This document shows, piece by piece, positions 1 to 14,397 of a DNA stretch of 64,000 nt (its first letter is position 1; the number at the start of each line of letters is the position of its first letter). The translations under genes and the position numbers were made by a program. The notes beneath the pieces are model-generated. The model did no database searches. It was not told where the DNA came from and saw only the letters and a program-made list of their open reading frames with translations. Source of the DNA: Mytilus edulis (lineage: Eukaryota); assembly GCF_963676685.1 (NCBI RefSeq), contig NC_092347.1, positions 12,834,001-12,898,000 on the forward strand, given 5' to 3'.

Positions 1-1502
1 CATTCGCAATCATACATGCACCACATTTCCTATCTTTCTAAAGCATCACCAAATGGCCGTTGTTTATTCAACTGAACTTTTAGACATTAATACCATTAAA
101 CATTGAATTTTTCAACAAACGTCCAATATATCAGATAAAACAAGTCGCTAAGCATTTCATAAACACGACTTTTGCTTTGATCTGTATAACGATGCCATAA
201 ATTGTATATGACGACATCAAATATTTCACGATTTTGAAAATTTAGAGAAGTCGGATCTTCAACAATCATGATGTCCAGAGGGATAAAATATCATGGCGAC
301 AAATGTAAATATTAAATCTCCTTATATGTTTCTTATTAAGTTATTAAACAATTTAGCCAAAAATTTATTGTGTAACTGACTAGAGACGTTAAGTGCGTCT
401 ACGATTTTGGTGGGATTAATATTGCTCAAGTCTAATGTGACGAGTTTTGTCAAATATTTATCTTTATTTCTTTTTTTATAATTTTGAGTCTCTTGTATTA
501 GGCTAGTGATAAATCAAAGACAAGTAGGTTTTAAAAAACATACTGATTTTAGTAGTTGATTGTTAAGTGGTTGGTTAAAGTGGTTGATTTTTTTAATAGC
601 AAAAACTGTGAAAAACCAAAATATGTAAACTGTGGCAGTACAGACCACCAAAAACAAATTGTTCTATCCTGTTTATTTAGTGGTGAACATTTCGATTTAC
701 AATGTCATAAATACCTTCATATCTAAAAAAAAATGTCACACCATATTGTGACCTTTGACCTTGCATTTAATTTATAAAATCAATAATAAACCGTGTAATT
801 AAGTCTGACAGTACCTCTTTAATCTGGCATGAAATAGATTAGCTTTTATGAATAAATTAGGCTGTCATATTGGAAACTATTAATTCATCATCTATCTGTT
901 TGAAGGTATTATTATCAATATAAAAAGGAAGTTGTAAGACCAGCCGTTGTTGTTAGTGTGTTCTTATACGAGAACATTTTAGGTTCATATATAAAAGTAA
1001 CAATAGTATACCGGTGTTCAAAAGTCATAATTCAATTGAGAGAAAACAAATCCAGGTTACAAACTACATCCGTGGAAACACATAATGATTAACTATAAGA
1101 GGAAAACATAGGAACACTGAAGTGCAAAAAAAAAAAAAAAACGGAAAAAAACCACCGCCAAGTTCATAAAAACGAGCTATTTGACAACAACTTTAATATT
1201 CCTGACTTGGAATTAAAATGGTGGGTTGAACCTGGCTTAAAGACATAATAATGACATTTCCTGTTTTCTATTTTAATAGACATATTTGAGTTACTCTTAT
1301 TAACACCATTAATCTTAAAGGGATGAATTAATGAGTGATGTCTTATTGAAGAGAAGTAATGTTCAATCCACATTTTTTCACAAAACAAATTCAAGTTAAA
1401 ATATAAAACCTCTAAAAGATACAGAGTACTCAAACGTGGAATGTAGAAAGTATAAGTTTGACTCTAAAATCGAAGCAATAAAGCCATTAATAACAAACAA
1501 TT

Positions 1503-1615
1503 CAATAAACTCATCTTAGATACCAGGATTAAATTTTGTATTTAAGCCAGACGCGCGTTTAGTCTACAAGACTCATCAGTGACGCTCGAACTCAAAAAAG
1601 TTAAAAAGGCCAACA
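1503..1615 (-). mobile_element. Retrozyme-like repeat fragment with mutated hammerhead ribozyme
   Basis: Reverse complement reads gcgtca-CTGATGA-gtcttgtagac-TAAA-cgcgcg-TC-tggc; the GAAA box is mutated to TAAA. The downstream tail ttaatcctggtatc..atgagtttatt is shared with other copies. Confidence 0.8.
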
Positions 1616-1802
1616 CCTTTCATCTCAAGAAACTTAAATATCACTTGTTCAATGCATTCATGTTGATCTTCAAGGTCACAATCACTAAGTATCTCGAACA
1701 AAATAGAAAGTAAAGTCACAGACAAAGTTTCCGATCAACAATCACCGTAAAATGTATTAACTGTCGATCATACGTTATGGGTTCATAATAGATGTATTAT
1801 AG

Positions 1803-2132
1803 GTGATGATGGGGATGATGAATGGCTGCTTAACTTCCAGCGGCAAATTAATATGCATATTCAGGACGATATGAATATTAACCATACTTTGTACTAGACC
1901 AGATTTTTAACGTGCTAGTTCACTAGGTAACAGTCAGCAGGAAGACACATCCAACCCGTACACTTTATTGACTCCCAGATAACAAGTCTTTGCTTTTACT
2001 CTTTAATGCCGCGTGCTTGGTGATAAAGCAGCAAATACAAATCTAAAAGTCTTTGGTCTGCCCCTGCCGTGTGTCGAACTCACGACCTCCTGCACTCGAG
2101 GCGAACACGCTACCATGACACTACCGAGGCGG
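1803..2132 (-). mobile_element. tRNA-derived SINE (CORE-like)
   Basis: The minus strand starts ccgcctcggtagtgtcatggtagcgtg (A-box-like) then gagttcgacac (B-box-like), followed by a CORE-like block (aagcacgcggcattaaagagtaaaagcaaagac) and an (atc)n-type tail. Confidence 0.7.
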
Positions 2133-5100
2133 CTATGTATTACAGACGCAAATGTATTTAATTCTTTAATTTCCTTTATATTGCAATTTCAAGAAACATT
2201 TCATTTAAAGGTTTGTAAAGAAAATATATGTTGTAAAACATGGTATACTCTGTACACCTTCACGTTTCCGCCAACAATAGCAATTTGTAAGAAATTTAAT
2301 AATAAAGAGGAAGCAAAAACACTGTTTATCCTCACGATCACTCCTGTGACAAGATTAATAGATGATGATACGGTGATGGACAACCATCCAAATGTTAACT
2401 GAACCATTTCTATTAATCACGCCGATTGTTGTCAATAAACTATTAATAAGGTTGATGTGTAATTGTTCTCTCTCACTGTTATTGTCACATCAATGTTTCA
2501 TGTGCCGATTAACAAGGCGGAAGAGTATTTATCTTTATTTCCTGAGCAATGTCTGGTTAATATAAACTCTCCCAGAATTGGTTAATGAAATAGAAATGCC
2601 AAGATCACCTTACTAAAGACAAATCATGTTCATAAGTGTGGTCTCAAGAGAGAGTTTTCTGTTTTCGAAAGCATGGATTTGAACTTGATTTTTATTATTT
2701 AATTATATTTAAAAAAAAACATTATCGACCTATGCACTGAGAATAAAATCAAATTGACTTTTCCGTTCTGTTATATCATTTGTTTGAATTACACTGAATT
2801 CGATATAACTCTTGTTAGAGATATAATCATTAATCCTTATTTTTTGATAATCATGCACACGCTTCTCAAACAAGAAATAATTTACGTTTATACAAAAAAA
2901 ATGTTCAGAAAGAACGCGTGAACAAATAGTTTTGGGACGCATCGGGGTTTTTTAGTTAGGTAACTTTCACGAGAACCCGAAAGCAGAAAACTAAGAAACC
3001 ATCATTCAAGGCAATATCATAAAATTTTACTGGCTTGTAACTTTTTTTCTTTTTTGTTCTTTATTATCAAATTTGTTTCACACTATCGTCCGCTGCAACC
3101 TTCTAAACCATCTCTTATTTGGGGCAATGGTCAATCTGTACAAAACTTCGTTTGAATCATTTACTTTGCCAATAAGTTTGCTTTGAGTCCCACAATAGAT
3201 GATCCTGCTGAACCATCAATATCACCGCGATCGATACGTATCAATGTAGAAAAACTTGGTTTCAAAAAACAATTCTCAAAAATCATTAAAACATTCTGAA
3301 ACACTGTGTTAATTCAACTTGTTGAAAGTTACTATTATCTAAAAACCTTTAGGAATTTATGTAAATAATCCCGTATTCCATTTTCTAAACGATAAAGGAA
3401 AGTTTTAATAAAACAATACCAATGTAAATTTAGTCTTCAAGGTAAACTTATTAAAAATTCACCTGATAATGAGCACGAAAGCAGATTTGTTGTTTATAAT
3501 AGTTCACTTTTATATTGCAAATTAGCTTTTATTCTTTGGCATAATTATATACAACCCACAATCTTTTTATTAGGATGACACAATTTTAGGCTAAGTTTTT
3601 AAATCATTTTGCAGCAGTTCAACATAAAATCATTTTATTGGTATTTAGTATCATTTAAAGATTTTTCAGACATATGCTGCGCTTTCTTATTGAGATACTT
3701 TTGTCTATCAAGATTAAAACACTTGACTACTTTGCACCTGCCTATGTCCGTTTAGTTGTATAGACTACAGGTAGTATGTTAATTAATTACGGGAGAGTGT
3801 TGATAAAAATACATATTGTGCATTAGTTTTATTCCAGTTGTTGTTTATTCGAACATAAATAAAGCATATATAAAGAAGTCAACCGCTCTTTCCCCTCTCC
3901 GTTAAAGTTAAATACACTGGGGAAAAAAGAACTAAACAAGGGGGAAAAAACGGTTCAGGAGGAGCCGGTCGACACAAACCATGGCGTTGTCGGTTTGTTT
4001 TAGATTTGTGAGTTTGACTGTCCCTTTGGTATCTTTCGTCCCTCTTTTAGCAGACACAAAAAAACACTGGAGTCTTGCTAACAGTACTTAATCTGACGAT
4101 AAAGTAATCATTTCTTATTACACTCGGTTATCGGTTCTTACACTTGGGATTGGTTTCTTATAATAGCCGCCATAATATATTTGAGAAAACCGCGATCTAG
4201 CGAAATGTCCAAAGAAGGGTTTTGTACGTTGTACTTTTGTACAAATGGCGTGTTCATAAGGAGAGTGGTGGATATATTTTACCAATAAGTCCCTATATTT
4301 GGGATTTTTTTCTAGTTTACACATTTTTTATCAAGAACATTTCTATAGGATTAAATAATCTCAAATGGAAGAGTGATATTTAGATTACAAAAACCATAAC
4401 TGTTAACGGAGACAACCTAGCTATCAAAGAAAATAGCTCATACAATACTTTTCAATCATTCTTAAAATTCCAGAAATAGATAATAGCGAAATTAACAAGC
4501 TTTGATAGAATATTTGATGACTTTCTTTGAGGTTGTAGGACCACTTATCAACAGAACAGAAATATCTGTAAATTAACACTTAAAGAATGGAGAAATGAAA
4601 TGGAACTTGTGAGGTTTTGAGGAATTAAGATTGCCAAATGAATACATTTCTGTGAACCTTCTGAGGTGTTTTGTGACACAGCATAAAAATAAAGATTTGT
4701 CATATGAATAATTGTAACTGAGATTAGACGAGGATGAAAACAACTTTTATAATTACATGTATGTCAAGGTAGAGCATTAAAAAATAAGCAAAACCCATAA
4801 AGTTAAGTACGATATAAAAGATCCTAACTGAATAAAAATGTGAAACATTCCAAAAAAGATAACTAACGGTCTATCAATAATAATAAAATAAACAAAAACA
4901 AACACGGCTGAAAGCAACTAACGACAAACTGAATTACAGGCTCTTCACTTGGGTCATACAACAAAAGAATATTTCGATTTAAATATATGTTAAATGCTGT
5001 CATATTTCCCGATTTCGTTCTTTCAACGAAATATGTATTGTCTAATTTCGACACGGGTTATAGTAATAATGCAGTAGTTAATAGGCAAATACTGAATACA

Positions 5101-5619
5101 GTTGGTCTTAATGCTGTTGTGTTGTTTGGTTTAAAGCTCTTCACTGTTCATATATTTATTGACTTCTGAAGTCTAAAATTGCAATTTCGTTAGCTAATTT
5201 AGTTAAGGACGATGTTTATATTAGGAATAACTATATTATCATATTGATTGTGATGATATTCGATGAAGTTTCTAAGATCTTCTAAGAGAAAAACACTTCT
5301 TATATGAAATACAGAAAGTAATGTTTGCCCGAGAGGGATATATAACGGGTTAAATGTCAAGTTTTAATCAAGCTTAGCATTGTTTCAAACGTAGTATTCT
5401 ATCAGCGTTTATAAATAGGATTATTATGATAGTATATGTTTTCATGAATTCATGAAATATATGTCTCATTGGCACTCATACCACATCTTCTTATATCTAG
5501 ATATAAATTTATGTTGATAAGTGCATGATAACGTGGTCCATACGAGACCAGACATTTAACATCTCAAAAAAAAGTTAAAAAATTCCAACTATGTAAAGAT
5601 TTCTTTTCTGAATAAATGT

Positions 5620-5915
5620 TATAGTGCAACTGTTTGCACCTGTTCTAAGTCAGGACTCTGCTGATGTTCAGTAGTTGTCGTTTGTTGATTTTGTTTATAA
5701 CTGTTTCTCGTTTTGTTTATATACTGTAGATAAGACCGTTGTTTTTCCCGTTTGAATGCTTTTACACTAGTCATTTTCGGCCCCTTTATAGCTTGCTGTT
5801 CGATATAGGCCAAGGCTCCATGTTGAAGACCGTACGTTGACCTATAATGGTTTACTTTTATAAATATGGACTTGGAAGGAGAGCTGTCTCATTGGCACTC
5901 ATGCCACATCTTCTT
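5620..5915 (-). repeat. Abundant dispersed repeat family A (agatgtggYRtgagtgccaatgagacaac...)
   Basis: The same sequence recurs at ~8860-9530, ~31950, 44165-44535 (-), 48343-48620 (+) and 53452-53843 (+). Confidence 0.8.
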
Positions 5916-7734
5916 TTTCCTATATTCAGGTAAATCAACGTGTATAAATAAATCTGAATTATGTTCCGACCTCTTTATCATTGCTTTCAATAGTTTTGGT
6001 GTATCTTTTTTCATAATTTGATTTTGAAAACTAAAATATTGCAATTAACTGAAATTCTGTGGAAATGTCAATGTCCTATAATATACAAATTCATTCGTCT
6101 GGAATCTTCAGCGAACGTTTTAACACTACTGCAGACTGAGTGTTCAATACTTGATTTGTTGTTCTTTTTAATTCCACGCTAGGACATCATCGACATTGTA
6201 ATCAACAGAGGTCCCTGATATTGTCAGAATCAGTTTCACATCTATCTTATACTAATCAAATACATGATGTGTTTTCTTAAGTAACTCAAATTTGATTTGC
6301 AAATATTGACAGCGTTTTCATATACGAGGGGACACTGAGTGATTGTCGCAATTAGATATTCTGTAAATAATACTGTCTGAAAGCCTCATTCTTCCTTAAT
6401 GTTCTTAATACAGTGGAATTCAATGTTTGACGTTTTAATAGCAACGTTATTATGAAACTTGTACCATGTCGATAACAGCGATATTTTCTTTCTTTGAAAT
6501 GAAAAGTATTATTTTCAATACATGGCCTTAAAACTCGCATTTTGCATTGTATTTTAAGTATGGTGTGTTACTATGACTAAGTAATTTACTCCCATACAAT
6601 AACGAACCAATGCAAAATGTCTGCTTAACTGTTACAGTATCTATGATATGTTTACCGTACAGTTTGAATGGCAAATCTAACATGCATGTCCTGCTCAATA
6701 ATATGTTATAACCGGATAAGTATTTGAACATAGTATAACTATGATACTCAACTTGCTTACTGTCAAATTATAAACGATTATACCAAGAAATTATAAACGA
6801 TTATACCAAGAACATAGAAGAAAAAACACTCAAAATCAGTTGGCCACTTTCTGACCGATTCAGTTGACATATAAAAATGAGTAACAATAAATTATCCGTA
6901 TTTCAGCTAAACATTCGGAACAAATCTTAAAGTTATCGTAGGCATACTAAGGGTCATTTTGACGTTGAAATGTAATAAATAAATAGAGATTCAGCTGGTT
7001 TTCAAAGATGATAAACAGGTATGTGCAAAAGTTTAGACATACCGTCAGTTCAGATTTAACGATGATTCTGATATTTTGATATAAAACAAATGTTGGATTA
7101 CTATAAATCACGGACGCCTCAATGGTTATTTCCTTATACGAGACTTCTCACAACCTCTCACCTTAAACCTTATTCTATGGTTTTAAAGGCGAATGATACA
7201 TACAACTATTGATCATTAATTGTGTCCGTTGTTTGCAGCCTTGTAATTAGAACATGCTCAATTTTGCCACGTTTTTGCTCAGTATAATTTCTTATTCATT
7301 AATTCTGATCATCAGGTGTTTTATCTCGCTGAAGTATACCTAACATACTTTTCCCTTCTCGTATTCAAAATTAATCAAAACGCTTCGGTTCTTTCCAAAT
7401 CCATGCTAATAACTTTTTGCAGCCTTTGGTATATTCATGGAACGTATAAAACTAGTACTTTTGACTTCAATTGTTCTCTCTCACTGGGTCAATTACAGTG
7501 CTGATGACATGACCAATGAGTTTATACTATTCCTTTAAAATCCACAAATTGTGTAATTTTTGCATTTAATAGAATTCCAATGCCGTCAGGTAGATTTGAA
7601 ATGATTTTCAGTCTTCCTTGTTCGTCCTTTTGGTTTTAGAACACATTTTCAAGGCTTGTGTGTCTGCTTGGTTTTAAGAACACATTTCCTTGGCATGTAA
7701 AACCTTTTATCTCGAACTTTTGCGCTATTTTCAC

Positions 7735-8128
7735 ATTTCCTGATCGATGTATGAAAATATTTCTCCTCACTTGTGAAAAATCAGTTCTCGGCAAATGATT
7801 GGTCTAAATTTAATTATGACGTCAAATTTTCTTGGTTTCTTATTAAAATTTTCCTATTGCGACGTCATGAAAAAAAACAGCATATCTGATGACGTCACAT
7901 AAAAAGTACACAACTTTCTTCAAATCTTTCAGAAGGATCGATATAAATCATCCGAGAAACAAATTTCACCACAATTACTCGTGTGTTACGATATTTATGC
8001 GCTCTCAATAGTTAGATTTTATTTAATTTAAAAAGCTCGGCAAGCCTCGCGCTTTATATGTTCAAATGTAACTGTCTCAAGTGGAGAAATATCGTTTACA
8101 CAGTTGTTGCAGTTTATGGAATCTACAT
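7735..8128. mobile_element. Non-autonomous hairpin element (Crypton-associated type, degraded)
   Basis: Imperfect inverted arms around the central motif ctcggcaagcctcg (~8035-8049), matching the architecture at 11941-12093. Confidence 0.4.
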
Positions 8129-8570
8129 ATCTGGCTTCCTCTGGTTTATATGATATAACAATTAATGTATTTTAATTTTATCTCTCTATAATAATTTTTT
8201 CATCCGGATGACCTATAAATATTTTTTTTAAAACACAAATTAATAATATGAAATTTTTTTACCTGAAAATTATGTTTAAGCTTGCGGAAGAATATCTCTG
8301 ACTCAAGAACGTTTAGCGACACTCACGACAAGGACCGGTAACTCTGTTATTTTTTAATGAAGAGTATCCACCATGCACTTGCACTGCACTATAATTAGAA
8401 TAGTTGAATAGAATAATATACAAATGGATGAAAATTATATATACATGTAACTGTTATATTGATATAATATATAACAACAAACCACTGTATACTCTGGTAC
8501 TATAATATATTAGTATAATAGTTCCAGGTATACTGATTTTTATCACTACAATATAATAGTTATTACGTTG

Positions 8571-9980
8571 GGCCACACCAATTTAATTTCTTGTTCTACG
8601 GATTTTTGGACTCCAAAAATTGGGGCGAGCGAGCGATTTGAAAATTTTAATAAAAAAATAATTAATTTGCAAATTTTTGAGGCGAAGCTTGAAAAGGCGA
8701 GCGATTATAATTTTTGTTTGTAAACATAAAATAGTAGGTTTTGACAATATCATAAATATTGAAACTTGATTTATCACTTGTACTTTGACATTTCTTTAAT
8801 TTATGAAGTATTTTTTCCCTGTTCACCAAGAAATAATTGTATAATTAAATCTGGTCTATGTATGTGTGACTGGCAATGAGACAATTCTCCATCTAAGTCA
8901 TAATCAGGTTGGGAACAACCCCTTAATGTTATAAATATCCCTTTTATGAGGGGTCAATATAAGTTATGTATGTAATATATTTCTTTGTACAAAACACTTT
9001 TAAGTACAAAAGGGCTCATATTTTCCCAAAGAACTATATATCTATCGTGTATTAAATGGTGAAAACATGTCCAAGAATTTTGTAATATTAAAACATTTTA
9101 CTTTAACAGTTTAATATTATTCAAAATAAGTGGACCCTCTTTTAGAAAAGTTGTTTAAAATATGATGTACTCTTCTTGAGTAAAAAATTCCAAGTTTTCA
9201 AAGGTTTTGTATAGTAGCAATATACAAATCCTTGGTATTTCTACTTCCTTTTCTACAACAGTAAAATGACCCCTTGTCTGAGGGAGGGTTGTTCCAAACC
9301 TGATAATAACAAAAAAGGTCAAAGTACAGACTTTTACACAGGGCTTTGATCCAGACCAAACAGGGACCCCAAAATTATTAGTGTACACAATTCGAACAGG
9401 AAAACCAACTATCTAATTTATATATCCAAACGGGAAATAATATTCCAATGCCCCCCATCAACAAACGAGCACTGCTGAACAACAGGCCAATGAATCAATC
9501 AGGACAGGTGCATACACATGCAGCGGCTATGTATAGTTTTGTTTCGCCAGCATACAATATAATTGCAGTTGAAGGCAATCCTTCAGAAGTTCTTACAACG
9601 AACATGTTTTAATAGGGAATATAAGTAAAGGGAAAGAAACCAATGTGTTGTTCTGTACAGGTATTTCTGCTGTTATGTATTTATTTCGGAGCACACCCAC
9701 ATGGGATAAATTGCTTTCATGCTAAAACAAATATTCTCACAGATATTTACACAGTGTGATGGGGTGCTTATAGGTTTAAAATCGTTATATACAGGTTAGA
9801 CTGTGATTAAAAAAAAACAAATGTTGATATCTTTTTATAATATTTACAAAAAAACGGTGCGGGAAATAGACATGATTACATTTCCGGATGCGGGAATATA
9901 AAAAAAAATAAAAAAAAATCTGTTTTGAAAAAAATAGGTGCGTGCGGGTCCGTCGAACAAAGAATCAAATTGGTGTGGCC
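8571..9980. mobile_element. MITE with ~27-bp TIRs and 3-bp TSD (PIF/Harbinger-like)
   Basis: ggccacaccaatttaatttcttgttc at 8571 matches gaacaaagaatcaaattggtgtggcc ending at 9980; TTG flanks both sides. Confidence 0.75.
8905..9302. mobile_element. Nested MITE with 17-bp TIRs and 5-bp TSD
   Basis: caggttgggaacaaccc ... gggttgttccaaacctg, flanked by ATAAT at 8900-8904 and 9303-9307; it splits a family A repeat. Confidence 0.75.
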
Positions 9981-10972
9981 TTGTGGTTAAATTTCTTGTC
10001 ATTTATTCAATCATCCACGCACGAACTTGTCTCAGAAAAAAATAAATCTCTGTATATTAACCTCAGTTTCAGGTATAGAGATGTGATCTTTTTCTGTGAC
10101 TTGTGTTTTTGACCATCCACAAGAACTTGCGGTAATCCGATGTTCAGTACTTAAGTACTTTGATTAATAATGTATTCATTTGCCATAGAATTTCGATCAG
10201 ATGTTAAGTTATTAATTTTTATTAAACTAAGTATGCAGTGTAAATTTAATAATAATAAAAAAAAGACCGAACAAAACAATTATATAAAATAAAAACCACA
10301 TACAACCTACAACTATTTTTACTTCAGAAGAAAAATTGCAAATTTACTCGAAATGAATATTAAAAAATATAATTCTATACAGCATTTCCCGTATAATAAA
10401 CGATGTTTTCTAATAATTAACTTGTTGGATGGAAATACGCATTCAGACTGATTATTATTTGTCACAGTTCTGACACCATTACGGTTTTGAAGACATTTCT
10501 ATTACAAGGTAGACTGCAAATAATTTATACAGTCCATGTTTTTTAAAAATGAAACATACAAATTAAAACGATGGAAGCATTCCAATTCTTGAATTTTCTT
10601 AAGATGTTTACTTTCATTTTTATGAATTTTCCAAGCAGAATAAAGCAATATAAAATCTTTCTACTTCGTTTGATTGCTTTAAACGTCATTTCCTTTCGTG
10701 AAATTAATTATGCAAATTGGTTGTTTCATAAAGAGATAAAGAGAAAAATAGAAATTTTCTGTTCTTTGAATTCGATTAGATAGCAGTACACACTTTAATC
10801 TTGGGCCATCACTACGGCAACATTATGATTATAGATTATAAGATTTTATTGTAAAGCAACGCTCAGATACATATATGGTAAACATGATTTATAACACATT
10901 AAAAAAAATATATATAAAATAATTAAAAAAAAAAAAAAAAAAAAAAAAGAATAAGTCAAATTTATATACATA

Positions 10973-13900
10973 TCACAATAAGTTATTCAACTTTTTGATT
11001 AAAGATGCCACCTGTCTATATAAATTAACATTGCAGTAAGATAACATAACAGATAGCTTCTGCTTACTTGGATGCTTCGTATAATAACTAGGGATCTGTT
11101 GTTCTCTAAAAATAACCAGTTTAGGAGACTTGCATATAAAAAGATAGTGAAATTCGTCTCCTACACTTTCTTTACATATGTGACATGTTCGGTCCTCAGC
11201 CGGAATTTTGTGCCAACGCCCAGTTTCAATGGGAATTTTTATATTAGACGTTCTTAATTTTGTCATCCAGATTCTTGCATTTTCCGGTATTTTTATTAAA
11301 TAATTTTCAAAACCAAAACAGTTTTTATAACTAGAGTAAAATACACCTCGGGAAGATAATTGTACATCTTGATGCCTTTTTTGTATATATTGGTCTTGTA
11401 AAACCTGTTTTATCAGATGTTTGTAGTCAGCACTATCTTGACTGACAAACACATATCCTAGTCCTGTATCATTAAATATTGATCTGTAATGGCCCTGTTT
11501 TTCTGTAATGACCTTGTTTTTTTTATGTAATTGCCCTGTTTTTCTGTAATGGCCCTGTTTTTTCTGTAATGGCCCTGTTTTTCTGTAATGGCCCTGTATT
11601 AATGCCCAGTTTGTCTGTATTACGCCCTGTTTAGGTTTTTGATAAAGTTAATAAAACTAAGTTGTAAAGAGTATAATACCTTTTTGTATATTATTTAATT
11701 TAGTAACCAGCAACCAACTTTAAAGAACCATATAAAGGGATCACTGTTCATCCTGTTTTTAACACATATATCTCTTTCAACTTAATATCTTGGATATTTG
11801 GTATATTTAAAGCTTTATAATGGTGAAGTACAAATTATTTTGTTCAATCTAAACTGTCATTAAAATAGTAAGACAGTACATCAAGTTAGCAGCAACACAT
11901 ATACTTTTGTTCAGTTGGTTAATAAATGTATTAAGTAATAGGTGTTTTTATAATGGCCCTGTTATATGTCCTCGGTCAGTAATAATGGCCTCGGATGTCT
12001 GTTATAGCCCTCGGCGTTGCCTCGGGCAATTACAGACTTCCTCGACCATTATTACAGACCTTGGACATATAACAGGGCCATTATAAAAACACCCATTCAT
12101 TAATACCATAATATTTATTCTATAAAGTTCAGCCATTTGAATGATTGACCGCTATTTTGCATTAAACTTAATAATAATCTATACATAGGGAAAATATTCT
12201 GACTGTTGGTTGTTGAATTTAACACATGATTTAATATTGTTATACATATTAAAAATAACAGTAAATATTTTCCCTTTCATACCACTGTTCTGTAGTTTTT
12301 TCCACAGACCACTTCTCCATACAGTGTCGAAGGCCTTTCGAAAATCAACAAAATAGTTTTTTTTTCCAAAAGATTGATACAGTGATATTAAGGCATGAAA
12401 TACGAATAAATTATCGGTTGTAGAGTGACCTTTTCGAAATCCAGCTTGGTTGTATGAAATTACGGAAATTTCATTTGCAAAAAAGGTTAATCTAGAATTA
12501 ATTATTGATGTAAAGACTTTTTCTAAACAGCTTATAAATGCTATTGCTCGGAGAAGTTATCAGGATCCATGGTATCTCCTTTGTTTTTAAAAACTGGTCT
12601 TATTATACCAATAGTCCAGTGCTCTGGTATTATTTCGGTTTCTAAAACAATGTTAAATGTTTTACAGTAAATATGTACCAATGCTGGAGTTAAATGTTTT
12701 ATATACTCATTTAAAATATTATCTAATCCTGGTGATTTGTTATTCTTTAAATTTTTTATTGCATCAGTTATTTCAGCTTCCGTAATCTCATCGTTCAAAA
12801 TTGAATCATACAAAGCATCATCACAAATAGAGTTAAAATCAATATCAATAGCATCATCAGCTGCATCGGGTTCATATTGATTCAATTTTTTAAAATATTC
12901 GTAAAATGTGTCAATAGGAATCGGAGGGTTCTGTTTAGTTTGACCGGAATATTTTTTAAGAGTCATCCAAAAGGCTTGTGTGTCAGATTTTGAGTGGGAT
13001 CTTAGCTCAGCGGCACATTTTTCTTGATACTTACTAAAATTTCGATTTAGTGTTTTCTTATAATCTTTAGCAGAAGTGCTTAAAGGTTGTTTGAACTCAG
13101 CAGATTTTTTATGCTTATATGTATTTTTAACCCGATGAAATGCATTTCTTTTTTCTCTGCCCTCTTTATTAAACCAAGGTTTTGCATTTAATTTAGGTGA
13201 CCTTTTAGTCCTATTATTTTTTTATCACTAAAAACGTCAGTGGCGCTATTTACTAAGAATTTACAAAGGTTATCTATAAGACTATTTATCTGATCGACAT
13301 TAACCTGTGTGTTTTCATTCATTTTATTCAACATGATGTTAAGTTCATTCAATGAGTTATTGGGATCATCATTTATTTCTTGACTAAATTCATTTGCTTT
13401 ATCTGACCTCCAACGTACATGTTGGTCTACCTTTTGATTAAAAGTTAAGCTTTTCTGATGATTATCGTTATCTATTTTCATTGTAAAATGGACTCTATTA
13501 TGAACATCAGAAAACATTGGGTTAAAACCAACTATTTCAAAATCTGTAGTTATATTAAAACTATTAGGTGAAAGTAACAGATAGTCTACCATGCTAGCAT
13601 CTTTACATGTTGTATGGCCAATGCCATTGTCTGAAAAAAGACGACCATTTGCTATAAATAGGTTACATCTTTTACAAAAATCCAATAATTTTGTTCCATA
13701 TTTGTTTACACGACCTGTATCTTCATTAAATCTTTGTAAAATATTATTTTCTTTTAGTATAGAATAACTAGAAGTATTATCATTAATGACATCTTCTTCA
13801 ATTTGTAGTATTTCTTGTAAATTTAAATCATCATCAACATAATCCTTCAAAGAAGAAGTTCTAGCATTGAAATCCCCTACGATCACAATATTTTTGATAC

Positions 13901-14320
13901 CTTGAGAAAATATTAACAATTCTTCTTCAATTTCAATGAATGATTCATCAGATGAATATTTTGAGAACTCAGGTGGAACATAAGTACAACCAAATAGAGT
14001 ATGTTGATCAAGGGAGGATATTTGTTTTGAAATTCCAATCCATTGAACAAATTCAGAATCCGACTTTAAAAACCGTAAATATTGTTTGAGCTTTTGTTTT
14101 GAAAATAATAAGGATACCTCCTGATTTGTTTTTAAATTTCCTTCTGGTTTTTGCAAAGTAGTCATACTCTCTGGGTAATTCCAGGACATCAAGGTTGTCC
14201 AATTTAGTTTCTGAAAACACTAAGATATACTGTGTAATTAGATGGTGAAAATCAGGATTCAGTATTTTTGATTTTATACCACAAACATTAAGATGAGTTA
14301 TTTTAAGTTTATCAATTCGC
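10973..14320 (-). pseudogene. LINE ORF2 (APE-RT), frameshifted, internally deleted and interrupted
   Basis: HLNVCG/SETK, YVPP, GDFNAR, VDY and SDVH (APE); KSPGLD, IIRPVFKNKGD and VDFRKAFD (RT N-terminal part); IETGRW..RTCHIC..GDEFHYLFIC (C-terminus). The YADD region is missing and there is an insertion at 11486-12120. Confidence 0.85.
11486..12120. mobile_element. Hairpin element with ~18-bp minisatellite inserted in LINE ORF2
   Basis: Splits the ORF2 peptide KWLNFI/RSIFNDTG. Contains (ctgtaatggccctgtttt)n at 11484-11630 and a ~150-bp inverted repeat at 11941-12093 centred on ctcggcgttgcctcg. Confidence 0.75.
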
Positions 14321-14397
14321 TCAGTATTGTTATCTAAAGCGTTGCCAATGTCCTATCTTGATTTTTCGGCAGTATCCGGTTCAGTACGGGTTCTTTT

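Noticed and set aside
2013-2402. 129-aa ORF and tRNA-like sequence
   Set aside because: The ORF starts antisense within a SINE and has no domain signal. The tRNA-like part is a SINE head without a full cloverleaf.
11484-11630. Short regular repeats resembling a CRISPR array
   Set aside because: The units are contiguous with no unique spacers, there are no cas genes, and the context is eukaryotic; this is a minisatellite.
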